From the human T2T-CHM13v2.0 reference genome, Homo sapiens, in NCBI RefSeq assembly GCF_009914755.1, contig NC_060926.1: a DNA stretch of 64,000 nt. One strand, 5' to 3'. Positions 27,801-43,248 of this stretch are shown in pieces (within the stretch, counting starts at the first letter, position 1; every line of letters begins with the position of its first letter). A program made the position numbers and the translations under genes. The notes under the pieces were generated by a model, which saw nothing but the letters and a program-made list of their open reading frames with translations, ran no database searches and was not told where the DNA came from.

Positions 27801-28858
27801 AAGACTCTGCACTTCAGTCCCCTATTGCTGATTCCATTGTTACTTCCTTATACTAGTTACTAAAAAGGTTTATAAAAATATACAATTCTAATAGACCAAC
27901 ACGTCCAAAATCATTCATGCTCCCAATCTCTCTGTACATGCAAAATTCAATAAATAATATTCGTAATAAGCAACCTATAGCTCTACTTCCTGTTATCAAA
28001 AAACTGCGACCAGGCAATCCCTGTTTTTACTTCACCAAAACTATTCCGTCGGGCACCAATGATCTTCATATTTAGTATTTAATTCATATTTACTAAAAAC
28101 TTATTTGGCATTTTTTCTAGTTCTATTATAATAATGGAAAAGTTATAAAAACAAGTGTCTACTTTTAAAAAATGTATTTATTCAGAGGAAAGTTACCCAA
28201 ATTCAGTAATTTTTTTGTTTCTCTTTACTTTGCTACAGTCTTATTCTAATTATACTTCCATAAATTTGAATTTGACTGATTTAAACTATTAATTATCAAA
28301 TACAAAAATTTTCAAATCCTAAACAATATTTTTAAAAGCAACTAATTGAAATAAACATCTCAACTCTTCCATACTAAAGAGCAGTCTAGATAATCTTACA
28401 AATACACATTTATCTTCCTGGTATGATTTCAGGAAGGTCAAGTAAGTCAGTAAAGTCAAAAACAAAAAACCCTCTAACTTTCAAAACCCCTGGTCTTAAA
28501 ATCTTTTAAATCTGAAACAGATCTTATGAAAATTTAAATTACTATAAGAAAAGCGAATTTCAAAGTGTCAGTTATTACTTTTATGATGACTAGATTCCAA
28601 GTAGCTGGTAGAAATGCCCTAGTGGAGTGGGAAATGCATGCAAGTGATACGCTCCTAACTTGCCTCCCCTTACTAGTTCACCACATTAGCTGATGCTCTC
28701 CCTTCTTCTATGTAAATACAAGGGAAACATTACACTTAGTACATGTCTACTCCAGCCAGCTAAGTTGTGTGCTTATCACAGTCAACTGGGTTCATCTCTG
28801 AAACTGTTTATTCCAGTTACATTTGCTATTGTAAACACATAGTTATAATGAAGGTTTA

Positions 28859-29257
<399 letters not shown>

Positions 29258-29299
29258 TTAGATAAGAACATGACAATGGCAGAAAACTGGGAAGGCTAC

Positions 29300-29565
29300 A
29301 GATTATATGATTCCATTTCTATGCCACTCAAGAAAAAGGCACAAATATAGAGACAGAAATCAGATCAGGGGTTACCAGATGCTACGGATGGAGGTAGAGC
29401 ATTTACTAAAAAGGGGCAAAATAAAAGATTTTTTGGATAGTGTCAATGTGTTCTGGTGGTTTCTTACCACCACAGCATACAAGTTTTTCAACATTCATAC
29501 AACTGTATGAATTTGCACAACTGTACACCTAATAAGGGTAAATTTATGCCTCAATAAACCTGACT
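29300..29565 (+). mobile_element. L1M 3'UTR fragment
   Basis: tatgattccatttctatg...cctcaataaacctgact. Confidence 0.7.
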
Positions 29566-30699
29566 AAGAAATGTAGTTGATGCTTTGGGGTGTGTGTGGT
29601 TTGCATTACTAAAATGGAACTCTAGTAAATGATCTACTCTAAGAAAAGGCCTTGATTCTATATCAAAAGACTGTTGAATAAATGTACATATATGTCTTAA
29701 ATTGAAATAAAATGTTTAAGGTACATATGTGTTTAATTTTGAGAACTGTCATTTCAAGCAGACTTTTTCGAACAACTGAATAACTGCCGATCTAATCACT
29801 TGGGAAGAGAGAGGTTCTAAAGTTTTAGATTTTAGGTAGGAAAGATATAATACCAGAAAGACAGATACAGGGAGAGTGTTCCCAAAATTAACTTTACCTA
29901 ATTCACAATTTCACATGTTCCCAAGATATTTCCCACATTATTCCAAGAGTAATGACATAAATTTTTAACCTGTGAAACTGGAGTTGGAAATTTCATCATT
30001 AACATTCAGTGAATGAATATTGTATAGAATCAAGTCAGATCCTGAAGATTTAATGAGATGTTTACAATAAAACTGAGAAGACAGTGTACTTAAAAATGAC
30101 AGCAATTCAAGCCCTCACTCTGCTCAACCCAAAACAATAAAGAGAAGAACAAAGAGAAATATATACACATACCATCTTTGAAAAGTCCAGCAGACATATT
30201 TTAACTAAAACCATAACACACAGACTAAAAACAGAAGAATAGTAAATGATGTAGCAAACAGGAGGCAGGGCAAACCTAAGCAGGTGCCAAGGAAAAGAAC
30301 AACAACTAGCAGCCAATGAGCCTCAAATACCCTGGAAATGTTGACAAGCTAGGTTTAAAAAGTAGCAATAGTAGGGTTGAGGTTGGGCTGGAAACAGGAG
30401 TATTAGAAAGTGTCAACAGTCAGTCCCTGGCATTCCTACTCTTATCCATTAAGCCCCAGCAACTATTGTCCCCCAATTCCCACTGGATAAGGACCAAGAC
30501 GAAGAAGAGAGACTGCAGACTCAAGAGACACCAGGAACCAAGGAGTGAAGAGGTTAAAGGGAGAGGACATGATTAAGTAGAAGTACGTATATAGAACAAT
30601 GAACATCTCTGCTTCCTTCACTTGACCAGTTCTAGAACATAACAACCAGGTTTACACCCGACTTCCCAAACAAAAAGAGTTATGAACCAGTTTTTAGTG

Positions 30700-31880
30700 C
30701 CATGCTCTTCAAAGTGAACCAAAATGTAAGGATTAGTGGACATTTGAGGGAAGGCTCCATCATGAAAATATGAATGTAGAGAGTTGAGGAACTCTTATAA
30801 GTAGAACAAAAAAGATTTTTTTGTTCTTAGAGAAAATATAAGAAAATTAATAGATTAATTTAAGTGGTCCAAGATACAACCAATGAGTTCCATAGAGAGC
30901 AGGAAAAAGTACAGCAAAGAAATTATCAAAGAAATGACACAAGAGTACTTCCCAAAACTGAAAAGACATGAGTCTTTGGATTATAAAGCACAAATGCCAA
31001 GTACAATGAATAAAAGTAAAAACAATAAAAAAATATTTTTTGAGGTATATAATTATGGAATATCAAAACACCAGGAATGATTCTAGGGGGAGGAGTTACA
31101 TTCAATAGATCATAGATAATGGTATCACACCATGGGCACCACAGAAGACACTAGTGCAATACTTCAAAAACTCTATCCTAGAATTACCCACCAAAATTAT
31201 CAATCATGTACAAGGATACACATGCAAAATCTCAAAAATGTTACTCCCATGCACGGTTTCTCAGAAAGTTATTAAAATGTGTTTCACACACACAAAAAGG
31301 AAGGAGTACATCATGAAAGAAGAAGACCTAGAATCCAAGAAAGGAATGCTAAGCTGAAGATGAAAGACTGCCAGAGCAGAGCCAGGCAAAAGAGCTAGAG
31401 AATTCAACAGTCCAGGCTGGAACAGGAGGGAAAATGACTCCAGGAAGGATTATTCTAGGAAAACAAAAACAAAAACAAAAATAAAGCAACAACAACCCGA
31501 CAAAAATCAGCACTGACAGATAATGTGACAGACTTTATGGTATAGAAAATTATACAGAGGCATCTTACAAAACTGCAAAATGAGGGAAGGTATGGAAAGT
31601 GTTAATCAGGGATTTAAAAACAGAAACAAGAAACTAAGTAAATTTAAAATGAAATTATTAAAATCAGGAAAAGCTTTTTTCAGGAAAGTACTGTTAATTG
31701 ACTCAGCAAAGTACACTGGAAAGATAAGATGATTGAAAGATGAATGAAGAGAGCTAAGATCTTCAACTGTCATAACGCAGTATCTGTAAATGAATAATGC
31801 TAGAGATGGCAGAAGTTACAACTAAGTTTTTCTCATATGCCTTTTTAGCATTATTTGACTTTTAAAATATATATTGATGA
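30700..31880 (+). mobile_element. Ancient L1 ORF1-like / HAL1 fossil
   Basis: ORF 30883-31080 (KEIIKEMTQEYFPKL) resembles L1 ORF1p. Confidence 0.55.
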
Positions 31881-32741
31881 AAAGATAGGCTGACATGAAA
31901 ATGGTATATACATCATATTCTAAATGCAAAAAAATTAGTAGTAGCAATTAAAGCTATATGACTGCTGATGAGTCAGATGAAGAGGGCATCAGGGGAGTGG
32001 TTGCACATAAGCTGAAAGCAAGGTAGGAATTCCAGGGTGCTGTTACTTCAAAGTAATGGTATGAACAAAAAAAGCTCTATACCAATCCACCATTATCATC
32101 ATACTGCTTAATATCACATCTAGCATAGTAAGCGGCCAAAAACTATTCTGTAAATAAATATGCGAGTAGGATAGTTTTTATACTATGATCAGTATCTAAC
32201 AGACAAACATGGCTAGAAAGGAAGGTCCATGGAGAAGACTGGTAAGAGCTAAGGCTAATGAAGCAGACAGAGGCCAGATCACAGAAGACTCAACTGTCAA
32301 GAAATCTGCATTTGATCCTATAGGCAACCAAGACATGCCAAAAAGTTTTTAGCAAAGAGGTACTTGAATAATGTAATGTTGAAAGATTAATCACAATATG
32401 GACTGGAAATGGGGGTGAAGAAAGATATAAAAACACCTGTGAAAATACATGAGAAATGTACAGGAAAAAGAGTCAGGATTTTCCAGCAAGGCTAGAACAA
32501 ATATTAAGGTTTCTGAAAGCCATATCAATCATTAAAGCCTTTTCTCCTTAGTGAAAAATAACATGGTAGGATATTTTCTGGCCATGTAATCCACCCATAA
32601 GTGTACATGCCTAAATTACTTTGCCTGTTGATGACTTTTTTCTTAATCTTAGTCTGAAAAATTCTGACCAGTCTATTTTTTAGAAATGCTATATCCAATA
32701 ATGATAGAACAAAGTATTAAATATCAATTAAAATACAATTA

Positions 32742-32897
<156 letters not shown>

Positions 32898-34357
32898 TTA
32901 TTTTTATTAAGTTAATTTTACAGCAATACGGGATATTCTCAAACATCACATTACAAATTTTAACCTTAATGGACTCGCATTAAAATATCACAAAGTAGTG
33001 AATACATATCACAGCCAAATAAGATTCCCATATATCCCCACATAAATCAAATAACAAAGGTCAAGATCAAATAATTTTGAAGAGAAAGTGATAGCTGAGA
33101 GAATGTAAATTGCCAAACTTATTAATATTGTAATTTCTAATTCTCAGGACCAGAAATCCAAGGAATATCACTGGAAGGGATCTTTAAGAGACATTATATT
33201 CCATTCACTTTCTCCATACCCATGATTGACATCAGATAAACCAGTAAGTCTACTTGCAGCTTGAAAAGACATCCAATCAGAATATCCCCAAACTTAACAA
33301 TACATTTAGTACCAGTATCAGTCACTATCAGGAAATTATTTTTATGTATGATTTGTTACTATTCTTTTAGATAAGTATTTGGAGATCTAATATTTTCTAG
33401 TTTACTAATGATGACTTCTAAAACCTTCTCAAGTAAGATATATTATAAATAGTATGTCTTTGAGTGAGGCACATCACACTGGCACAAAATATTAAACTGC
33501 TGATAAAAACTGTTCACTAAGCAATCAATAGATAACTAAAAAGAACAGGACATATCTTTTCTGCTTTTCCCATATTTAGAAGTCACGGAGGAAATTTTTA
33601 TTATATGTTAATTTCTAGATACATATTCTTAAATCTGATTAATCTCACAGGTTATAGTTCAAAATAGTTATATCTATATTTTTATAAAATGCTTATTTTT
33701 AATTTGGGTTTATCTAATAGATATAGTTTAAAATAACTGTTTTCTATTTGTTATTAACTATTTCATTTAATACTAACAAATATGACTTTGTTCATAAAAC
33801 TATAACGAACACTTGTTCTTAAACTTGCAAATTAAGTCATTATTTAGGTTTTGAACTCTATTTTAATTGAAAATTTAACAACCTACAGTTACAAAATGAA
33901 ATATGTTACTGTTTGAAATAAAGCAACATTCAGCATCTAAATTACATTCTTAAGTAAGTAATGCTGTATTTTATTTTAAAAGCTTTATGTGAAGAATAAA
34001 GTGTTTTTGGAGTTACTGATTTTTTGATATTTGTCTTATTTTTTGGTTACAAGGTAATTCTGTACAGATTTCTTACTATTACAGAAGTCACATTCCTGGG
34101 TTTAGAGGTGAAAGAATTCAGAAAGGGTATTCTTTCACAGTATCTTTACAACAGATATGTCTTATGTGAAGGACAGACTTTATCCCTGTTTAAGAGAAGT
34201 GGATGCAGAGAGGTGACAGCATGGCAACGAGATTTCCATCTAAAAATACACAGATGCCGTCTTAGGAGAGGGAAAACCTGGTCCTACAAAGGAAAACATA
34301 AACTTTACTATATCTTAGAATAGATTTGTGCACGTGACAAAATTCCAATTTACTTAC

Positions 34358-34400
34358 CCAATTTCACATGACCATTATCCGTTAATAGAATGTTAGCTCC
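34358..34400 (-). CDS. MAP4K3: MAP4K3 exon ~7 (43 nt): GANILLTDNGHVKL
   Basis: acceptor tactttgaag, donor TGG|gtaagt. Confidence 0.96.
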
Positions 34401-34782
34401 CTTCAAAGTAACAATATTTTAGTTAGAGTAGGAAATAGATATTTTATCAGACAGCACATATATAATAAATATACATATTTAAAATAATCACAGCCTTAGA
34501 CCTAGAAATACTTAAAGTGTGCTTAATTAAAATGTCGTATCATTAGAGTCATAGGTAAATCTACTGTCCACTTTTTAGGCAACTTGACTATCTTTATAAA
34601 ATGTTCTGCCTTGCAAAAAAGCTGCTACTAACATAGTATGAATGTTAATATAAAGGTGATATATTAGTTTTCATCAAAATGTTATTTCCTCATTGATCAA
34701 ACACTATCACCACACTATAATGTAACCGTACAATGCATTTTCAACTGTTTACATTACACTTTAAACTTGATTATTGTTTCCC

Positions 34783-34788
<6 letters not shown>

Positions 34789-34830
<42 letters not shown>
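34789..34830. repeat. (TG)~21 microsatellite
   Basis: direct read. Confidence 0.97.
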
Positions 34831-34833
<3 letters not shown>

Positions 34834-35564
34834 TAAAAGAACCTCCCTTTCTAGGAACTCACCATCAATTGAACCAGGGTTGGTATGTGAGACTGTACCT
34901 TGCTGCTTAGTACATGAGGTTGTCTATCCTAATGTGCCTTACCAAGTGCTTAGGCCCATCCAGTACATAAACAACTAGCCACAGGCCCACAAAATTAAAA
35001 TGTCACCCCTCTGCATGATCTGGTTGCATTTTAGCCACTTTTGCTTCTTGATCTAAGCTCAAAGTAGATAATGATGACTTCATCTTCAATAAGCTCAAAG
35101 CTTTTGGAAGAGATAGCAATACTATATCCCAAAGGTATTGTGGGCTCTTTGGTCCAAGGTGCCATCAATCATGTAAGTATGGGTTTGGTGGAAAAAATAC
35201 TGGGAACCCTCCTACTCTCAACCAACATGAGGAAAAAACAGTAAAAGACTGGCACAGGAGACAGGGGGTTGGGGAGAAAAAAAAGGCTCCTAAACTCCAA
35301 ATGTCACCAGTGAAGCTGAGCTGCACCCACCCACTGATACTACTGTAGCTCTGTGGAATAGTAGGGGAAGGAGAAAAAGGAAAGAGACTAGGAGCAGGGA
35401 TTTTAACTTGATCTAGTACCTAGCTATCTAAGACTTCTGTCAGAGGCTTCAGTTTGGCCTTTCTTCAGCTCAGACTAACTTTCCTAAGTTATAGCTTATA
35501 ATCACATCACTTGTACATTATGGCCTTTCTCTCCTCCCTCCTTTCCCTCCCTGAGAGGCTACTA

Positions 35565-36220
35565 GTAGTCAGGTGCTATTTTAAGCTCTGGGGTTACAAT
35601 AATGAGTAAGTTCCAATTCCCATGGAGTTTACATCCAAGTAGGAGGAAAAAACTTAAAATAAATATATTTATCATCTATGAATGAATGAATCAACAAATG
35701 ATTCAAAGTCAGGTAGAAATAATTACTCTGAAGACACAGCAGGGAAGGCCTCTCCAAAGGCAGTAATATATGAGCAGAGATCTGGGTGAAGTAAGGGTAC
35801 AGAGCCACACCAAAATCTGGGAGAAGACTATTTCAGGAAAGGAGGAGGAAATTTGAAGACCTGGGGCTAGAATGAGCTCAACATATTCTAAGATCGGCAA
35901 GTTTAGTGTGGCTGGAAAAGAATGAGTAAAACAGAGAAACCTGGAGTATAAGATGAGGTCACGGAGAAATGCATGGGTCAGACCACGTATAACCTTGCAG
36001 GTCATGGTAAAGGCATCTGGACTTTATACTGAGTACAATGGGAAAGCAATGGTGGTTTATAAGCAGGAGAGTGATAAGATATGGTTGAAAAGGTCCCTTT
36101 GGTCGCCAAGCAGAAAAGTGACTACAAAACCACTAAGAATGGGAGCATTGAGACCACTCAGGCTATTACAAAAGACCACATGATATAATATTATGGTGGC
36201 TTAGACAGGAGTAGAAATGG
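35565..36220 (-). mobile_element. L2 fragment
   Basis: caggtgctattttaagctctgggg...gagtacaatgggaaagc...taagcaggagagtgataagat. Confidence 0.7.
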
Positions 36221-37018
36221 TGGCGATGACCCAAATCAAATCAACCCAATTAGGCCCAGACTCTGAAGTCTAGCACACAAGTCCTTGCATAATGGAACAT
36301 CAAACTACCCAACCAGTCCCATCTCTAATTAGTCTCATACATTCTCTTCTCTTCAATAATATGGTACAGTTTTTATGTTCTCTAAAATGGCCTCACACTT
36401 TCTAACTTCTGTATCTGCTCACATTGTTTTCTCTGCTTGAAATGTACTCCAACTTCCATTTCTGACAAAAATCTGTCAATCCTCCCAGATCATCTACATG
36501 CCAATGACACAGAACCTTTCTTGAGCTGCTCATCTTCCTGTGAGCTCTTCTACCTTTGAACTCCAAAAGCTCTTTATGTCTTTTAAGTGGATCACAAAAA
36601 AATACCTTCAAACAAGGGATCTCAGCAGGTTATCTGCGAGTCCATTGAAATTTCTTGGAAAATTTGAAGACATGCGCATAAGGGCATTTTCTCAGAAGAC
36701 AGTTCATAGTTTATCATCAGAAACCCAGAGGACAGTAAGATTTGCCCCAGCCTCTATCCTCAAAAAAGGTTAAAAATCTTTATGTTAGAGAAAATGTTAG
36801 AAAACAAAAGGGGAAGAGAGAAATATGAGGAAGGATGAACAAAGAAGGCACAAGAAAAATAAGTGAAAGAAAAAAAATCTAAACTGGGGAGATGGCAGTA
36901 TCTTTAGAAATATGCTAAGGATTCCTACCAGAGCACATGCTGTACCACTGGGCTAACCCCAGCACATTCAGAGCACCTGCTCTCCTTTGCCAGCTAAATA
37001 AATAAAAGACTATGAGAA

Positions 37019-37300
37019 GGCAGGACACAGTGGCTCACGTCTGTAATCCTGGCACTTTTAGGAGGCCGAGGTGGGATGATCACCTGAGGTCAGGAGATCG
37101 AGACCAGCCTGGCCAACATGATGAAATCCTGTCTTTACTAAAAATATGAAAATTAGCCAAGCATGGTGGCAGGTGGCTGTAATCCCAGCTACTCGGGAGG
37201 CTGAGGCAGGGGAATCACTTGAACCCGGGAGGGGAGGTTGCAGTGAGCCGACATCGTGCCACTGCACTCTAGCCTGGGCAACAGAGCGAGACTCCATCTC

Positions 37301-37329
<29 letters not shown>
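37019..37329 (+). mobile_element. Alu (AluS)
   Basis: TSD aaagactatgagaa; long A tail. Confidence 0.95.
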
Positions 37330-37331
<2 letters not shown>

Positions 37332-37747
37332 CTATGAGAAAGTGTCAAAGGTCAATTTATCCATTTTGATGCATTACTAAGACTTAGACTTAAGACTGCG
37401 AAAGCTCACTGAAATAGTCAAAGCATAAAACTTACTAAAAACTATAACTTGATGAAAGCTATAAGCTTACTCTGCATTTTACTAATCAATAACTACAAAG
37501 AAGCTAAAATGAGTTATTAAAACATTAATCTACTGAATGATATACTTTAAAAGGGTGAATTTTATGGTATGTGAATTGTGCCTCAATAAAGCTGCTATAA
37601 AAAATTAAACTATTAAAAGTATCACTCATTTTTATTATGGTAACATTTCAGATGCATTTATCAAATAAAACAATTTTGCTCAAAACAATTTGATCAGAGT
37701 ATTTAAAAATGAAGAGAGGGTTATTATGTTAAAAATATAATGTATAC

Positions 37748-37795
37748 CTTTATATCTCTGTGCATTTTTCCTTTACTGTGAAGATAATATAATCC
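37748..37795 (-). CDS. MAP4K3: MAP4K3 exon ~6 (48 nt): GLYYLHSKGKMHRDIK; catalytic HRD
   Basis: acceptor aactccag, donor AAG|gtatac. Confidence 0.96.
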
Positions 37796-38353
37796 CTGGA
37801 GTTTCAAAAAACAGAAAAATAAACAAGATTTTATCAAAGAGCACTCTTTTGGATTTTATGTAATCAAATGGGTAGTATTCTGTGTATTTTATTTAATCTT
37901 TACAGGAGATCTAGTACTAATCATTAACATATTTTAATGAGATATCCTAAAAAAAGATCAAGAAAATGACTAATTTTTCTAAGAAAATTTTCAGTGAATT
38001 CTACAAATAGTTTGAAATAACTTTTAAAAAGTATATACCTAATTAGTATCAGAGTGTTTGAATTCCCATGATAGTGCTTAATTTTCAAGCCTTTCTTTGG
38101 TATTAAGAGGAAAATATACAATAACAGATGCATAGTGCTTAAATTTTAGGTTATATCATCACATTTATGCTTTAAAGTATTTATTTGTAAATATAATTTG
38201 AGTTCATTACACAATTTTCAAATGTATTAAAACTCATTTTAAGAGTTTACCAAACTAAAATATTTAGTTCTTACTTTGCTGAACAGGTAATGCACAGTAA
38301 GTAAAGACTTAGTTTAATGAAAAATGTTATTTTTGAATTAGCACTTGATTTAC

Positions 38354-38409
38354 CTGCAGTGTTTCTCTGCTAACATATGCAATTTGCAGTTCTGACAGAG
38401 GTCCAGTTA
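38354..38409 (-). CDS. MAP4K3: MAP4K3 exon ~5 (56 nt): (V)TGPLSELQIAYVSRETLQ
   Basis: acceptor cttttacag, donor CAG|gtaaat. Confidence 0.96.
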
Positions 38410-38578
38410 CTGTAAAAGAAGACAATTAATACTCATAAAATTAGTCAACGCATGTTTTTCAATATATAATAAAGTTTTACAAGTTTAAGCAACAGACTTA
38501 ATATCCCTAAACAATTCTACTGAAATGTAAGCTAGGACTACAGGCATGAATTACTACTGTCCTACTGTGCCTGGCTCC

Positions 38579-38580
<2 letters not shown>

Positions 38581-38609
<29 letters not shown>

Positions 38610-38890
38610 GAGACAGGGTCTCATTATGTCACCCAGGCTGGAGTGTAGTGCAATCACAGCTCACTGCAGCCTCGACCTCCTGGGCTCAAGTGATCCTCCC
38701 ACCTCAGCCTCTTGAGTGGCTGGGGGCATAGGTGCATGCCACCACACCTGGCTAGTTTATTTTTCATTTTTTGCAGAGATGGGGTCTCATTATCTTGCCC
38801 AGGCTGGTATTGAATTTCTGGGCTCAAGCAATCTTCCTGCCTCAGCCTCCTGAAGTGCTGGAATTACAGGTGTGAGCCACTGTGCCCAGC
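38581..38890 (-). mobile_element. Alu (AluJ)
   Basis: reverse Alu, long poly-T. Confidence 0.93.
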
Positions 38891-39469
38891 CAATTTTTTG
38901 CTTTTTAAAAATCTGATTTGCTCATTGTTGTATCTCCAGTGTGCAGAACAGTGCCTGGCACAGAAAAGCAGCCTGATAAATATTTATGGAATGAATGAAT
39001 GTCTAAAGTAGTCACTGAAATTAATTATATTCTCATTTTTATATCTCATTCATCAATATCATCTCTTAAACATCAAAAGAAACGATGTCCAATAGGTTTA
39101 GCTGGCTTTTATTAAAGCTTTTTAGTTGATATAGAACATGTATTATGACTAGTTTTAAATCAATACTTCTTATAAAAATATTAGCCAGATAGCTATAAAA
39201 TTAATACATGTTCACTCTAAAGTTCCAATCAATAGAAAAGTTTGGAAATTAAAGGTCTCCTCTTTATCCAAAATGTTACTCAACAGTAAGCAATACCAAT
39301 AGTTTGGTCTATAACCTACCAGACTATTTTAAACGGACATTTTATAAACTATTTGTATCTCAGAAACTTTACATAAGTGGAATCATACAATTCTGAAACC
39401 TACTCTTTTCACTTACGATGAACACCTTTACATCAATATATAGGTCTTAATCTTATAAGTAATATTTCC

Positions 39470-39815
39470 TGTGTATGCATCTGCTAAGTCCCTCCAGAAC
39501 TCACGTTGAAACTTAATCTCAAAGAGGCAGGACACTGAGGAGGAGATTAGGTCATGAGTGCTCCTCCCTTGTGAAGGAGATTAAGACTCTTAATAAAAGA
39601 GACTTCAAGCAGTGTCTACTCTTTTTTGCCCTTCCATCTCTTCTGCCATGTGAGGACACAGTGTGTGTGCACTCTATGAGAAATGGGTCCTTGCCAGACA
39701 CCAAACCTGTTGGCACCTTGATCTTGCACTTCCCAGCCTCCAGAAATGTGAGAAATAAATTTCTGTTGTTTATAAATTACTCAGTCTCAGGCATTTTGTT
39801 ATAGCAGCACAAACA
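39470..39815 (+). mobile_element. MST/MLT1A-type MaLR solo LTR
   Basis: ggcaccttgatcttgcacttcccagcctccagaaatgtgagaaataaatttctg...ttgttatagcagc. Confidence 0.85.
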
Positions 39816-41539
39816 GAGCATCTGTACACTAAAATAGTTTTCTTTTTCACTATTAAATCACTTTAGAATAAAAAGTGGGAGAGACTATTCTAGAAATTGA
39901 ATTAAATTCCAAGGATAAAAACCTTGGCTAGATAGTAAACTCACATTTACACAAACTTAACAGATTTGTAAACATGTTTAGTTTGGAGTACTTGTGGTAT
40001 TTTACAATTATGAAAGAGAGAAATCTATTCCAATTAGATTATTTTAAGGACCGGGTTGGGTTTAAATGTCTATGGATAAACCATGTAACTTATTTCTGTG
40101 GCTTCCAAGCCCACACACATTCAGTAAGATAAACCTCCTTGAGATTTCTGTTTCTATAATATGATAAATAAGATAATCTGAAAACCCTGAAAATAACACT
40201 TGGAAGTGAAAGACAATTTTTTTTTCAGAAATAACCTTTTCAATTACTAGCTAACTTTACAAACAGTAAGATACTTTCCCAGGAGACAAATGAAAAACAG
40301 AAGGTAAAACTGTGAAAGAATATTCTAGCTGTCTCTTAGGGGAAGGTTAATCCTGGTAAGCTAGGGCTTTAGCATTATCCTCTACATGGGTACAGAAGAC
40401 AAGGCCCTAGGTATGCAGAAGAGCTAAAACAAACACCCACATAAAACCAGAAGTCTCAGAGGGCTACATCCTCATTAAAGGTGTAGACAAGCACGACGAT
40501 AACTAGGGATTTTGGCTGTCATAGGGATGGAGGAAACATGCCTCCTCTTAGAATTTGTCACCATAGGCCTCCTTACTCAGGTTGAGCATTCAAATATATA
40601 TTGGAAACAATGAGGTCACCAGGATCCCAGAAAAAAAACAACAACAACCCAAAAAACAAAAACAAAACTCTGGAAGGACACATCTTCAAATGCCACATAG
40701 AATTCCCACTGAAAAACCTCACTAAAAATGATCTCAAAATCCAAAATTATAAAATAAGTGAGAAAATAATTAACCATAAAGATATAACGGGTTGTGGAAA
40801 GTTATTAAAGAACAATATTAAATAAACAAACACAAAAAGCTCAATGGAAAATAGAAAAAAATCCTATTATGTTGGAACAATAAAAGGTTCTACTGTTAGT
40901 TCTTCAAAGTAAAAGTAAATAAAAGTTAAAGGGGAAACCTTGCAAGCACTAGGATTATTAAAAGAACTTCCCCTTCATTAAATAAATTATTCCAGGATAT
41001 AATACTCTCTCTATATAATGACAATGTGATAAAAAAGAGGCAGAAGAGAGAGACACATAGAAAGAAATGGAGGTACGTGTCCTACATGACCGTGCAAGTA
41101 TACAACACCATAGACTAGCCAAAGATTATTACACATTGCCACGAAAAGGTTATTTGGTGAAAACATGGGTACAGCCAAAAGAGTGAACACAGAGAAAGAT
41201 AGGATTTGGGGTTCTGCATAAGCATATGAATCCCCAATATTCATATATGAGAACATCCAGGGTACCTGAAAACTGCCATTTTTTTCCACTGAGCCAGTTG
41301 CTGACCAGTATAAATAAATCAGTATTGACGAATTCATATTACTTTGTTACTTTTACCAGTTAGGTTGAAATGGAATGGTAAGAATCATGACAACCTATTT
41401 CTGTAACGAAACTGGTCTTGCTTCTTAATGAAGAAAGCAGAATCAGACACCTAAGACCAATCATATGGATATATGATGAAATCACTAAACAATCTGAGAA
41501 TGACTAAAAAAAGGTACGCCTTAAAAACTAAAGATGTAA

Positions 41540-42200
41540 AAGAAGGAATGAAAACTGTAAGAATAAGACACAAAGGAAAAAATAATGGAGGGAGATATAA
41601 AATAGAACCAAATAATTTCTAGACATGAAAATATATGGTAACCAAAAATAAAATCTAATGGATGTTCTAATACAGCTGTAAAATCAGTAAACTGGAAGAT
41701 AGATATGAGTATCTCCAGGCTCTCCTGAAGGATAAAAAACTGGTAAATAGGAAATTGAGTTGAAGAGACATGAAGACCTACTGTACATCTAACTAAGATT
41801 CTAAAGGAGAGATCGCAGATTGGGGGAGAAAATATTTGAAGAGATAATAATTGATAATTGTCCAGATGTGATAAAAGAGCAAAATTCACAGAGGTAAGCC
41901 TGTTAAGTCCCAAGCAGAAAAAGTAAAAATAAACCCATTCTTAGGCACCAGAAATTAAGAGAAAAAGACAAAAAGCAATTAGAGATAAGAACAGATTACC
42001 TGCAAAGGATCAATAATTAGACTGACAGAAGGTTCTAATAACCATAGAAGCTAAAAGACAATGGCCCACCTTCTTCAAAATGCTGAAAGAAAATACCTGT
42101 CAACCTAGAAAATACCTATCTATACCCACTTAAATAATCAACTAATACTGAGGGTCAAACACTGAGGAAGTTTACCACTAAAATATCACTGAAAAAACTT
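41540..42200 (+). mobile_element. Old L1M ORF1 fragment
   Basis: atatttgaagagataata...cttcaaaatgctgaaagaaaatacctgtcaacctagaa. Confidence 0.65.
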
Positions 42201-42205
42201 CAGGA

Positions 42206-42597
<392 letters not shown>

Positions 42598-42935
42598 CTA
42601 ACATAGAAATTACAAGCTTCTAGAAATACTGTTTTGTCATGTAAAATAATGCCAGATATCTCTTCATTTTCACTGAATCTTTGAAATCAAAATGCCACAA
42701 ATAATAAAGAAAAGTTTCTCAAATATTTATCAAAGAACAACTATACTTAATTAAAAGTATCCTTAAAAAGTAACTTTTCATAAAGCAGAAACCTTCTCAT
42801 ACTCTTTCACCTGGTCTTCAAGGCTCTCCCTATTCGACCCCACACCCACACCAACAAGAGTGATCACACATGAGTCACACCTTCATGTTACTGTGCCAAG
42901 GCTTCATCTCTGAAAATGCACTTCTTTGTCTTTCT

Positions 42936-42937
<2 letters not shown>

Positions 42938-42974
<37 letters not shown>

Positions 42975-43248
42975 TTGAGACAGAGTCTCGTTCTGTTGCC
43001 CAGGCTGTAGTCCAACGGTGCAATCTTGGCTCACTGCAACCTCCGCCTCCTAGGTTCAAGCAATTCTCCCGCCGCAGCCTTTGGAGTAGCTAGGATTACA
43101 AGCACCCACCATCATGCCCAGCTAATTTTGGTAGAGATGGGGTTTCACCATGTTGGCCAGGCCAGTCTTGAACTCCTGACCTCAGGTGATCTGCCCGCCT
43201 CAGCCTCCCAAAGTGCTGGGATTACAGGCATGAGCCACTGCACCCGGC
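42938..43248 (-). mobile_element. Alu (AluS) with (TAT)n tail
   Basis: reverse Alu, about 12 TAT units. Confidence 0.93.
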
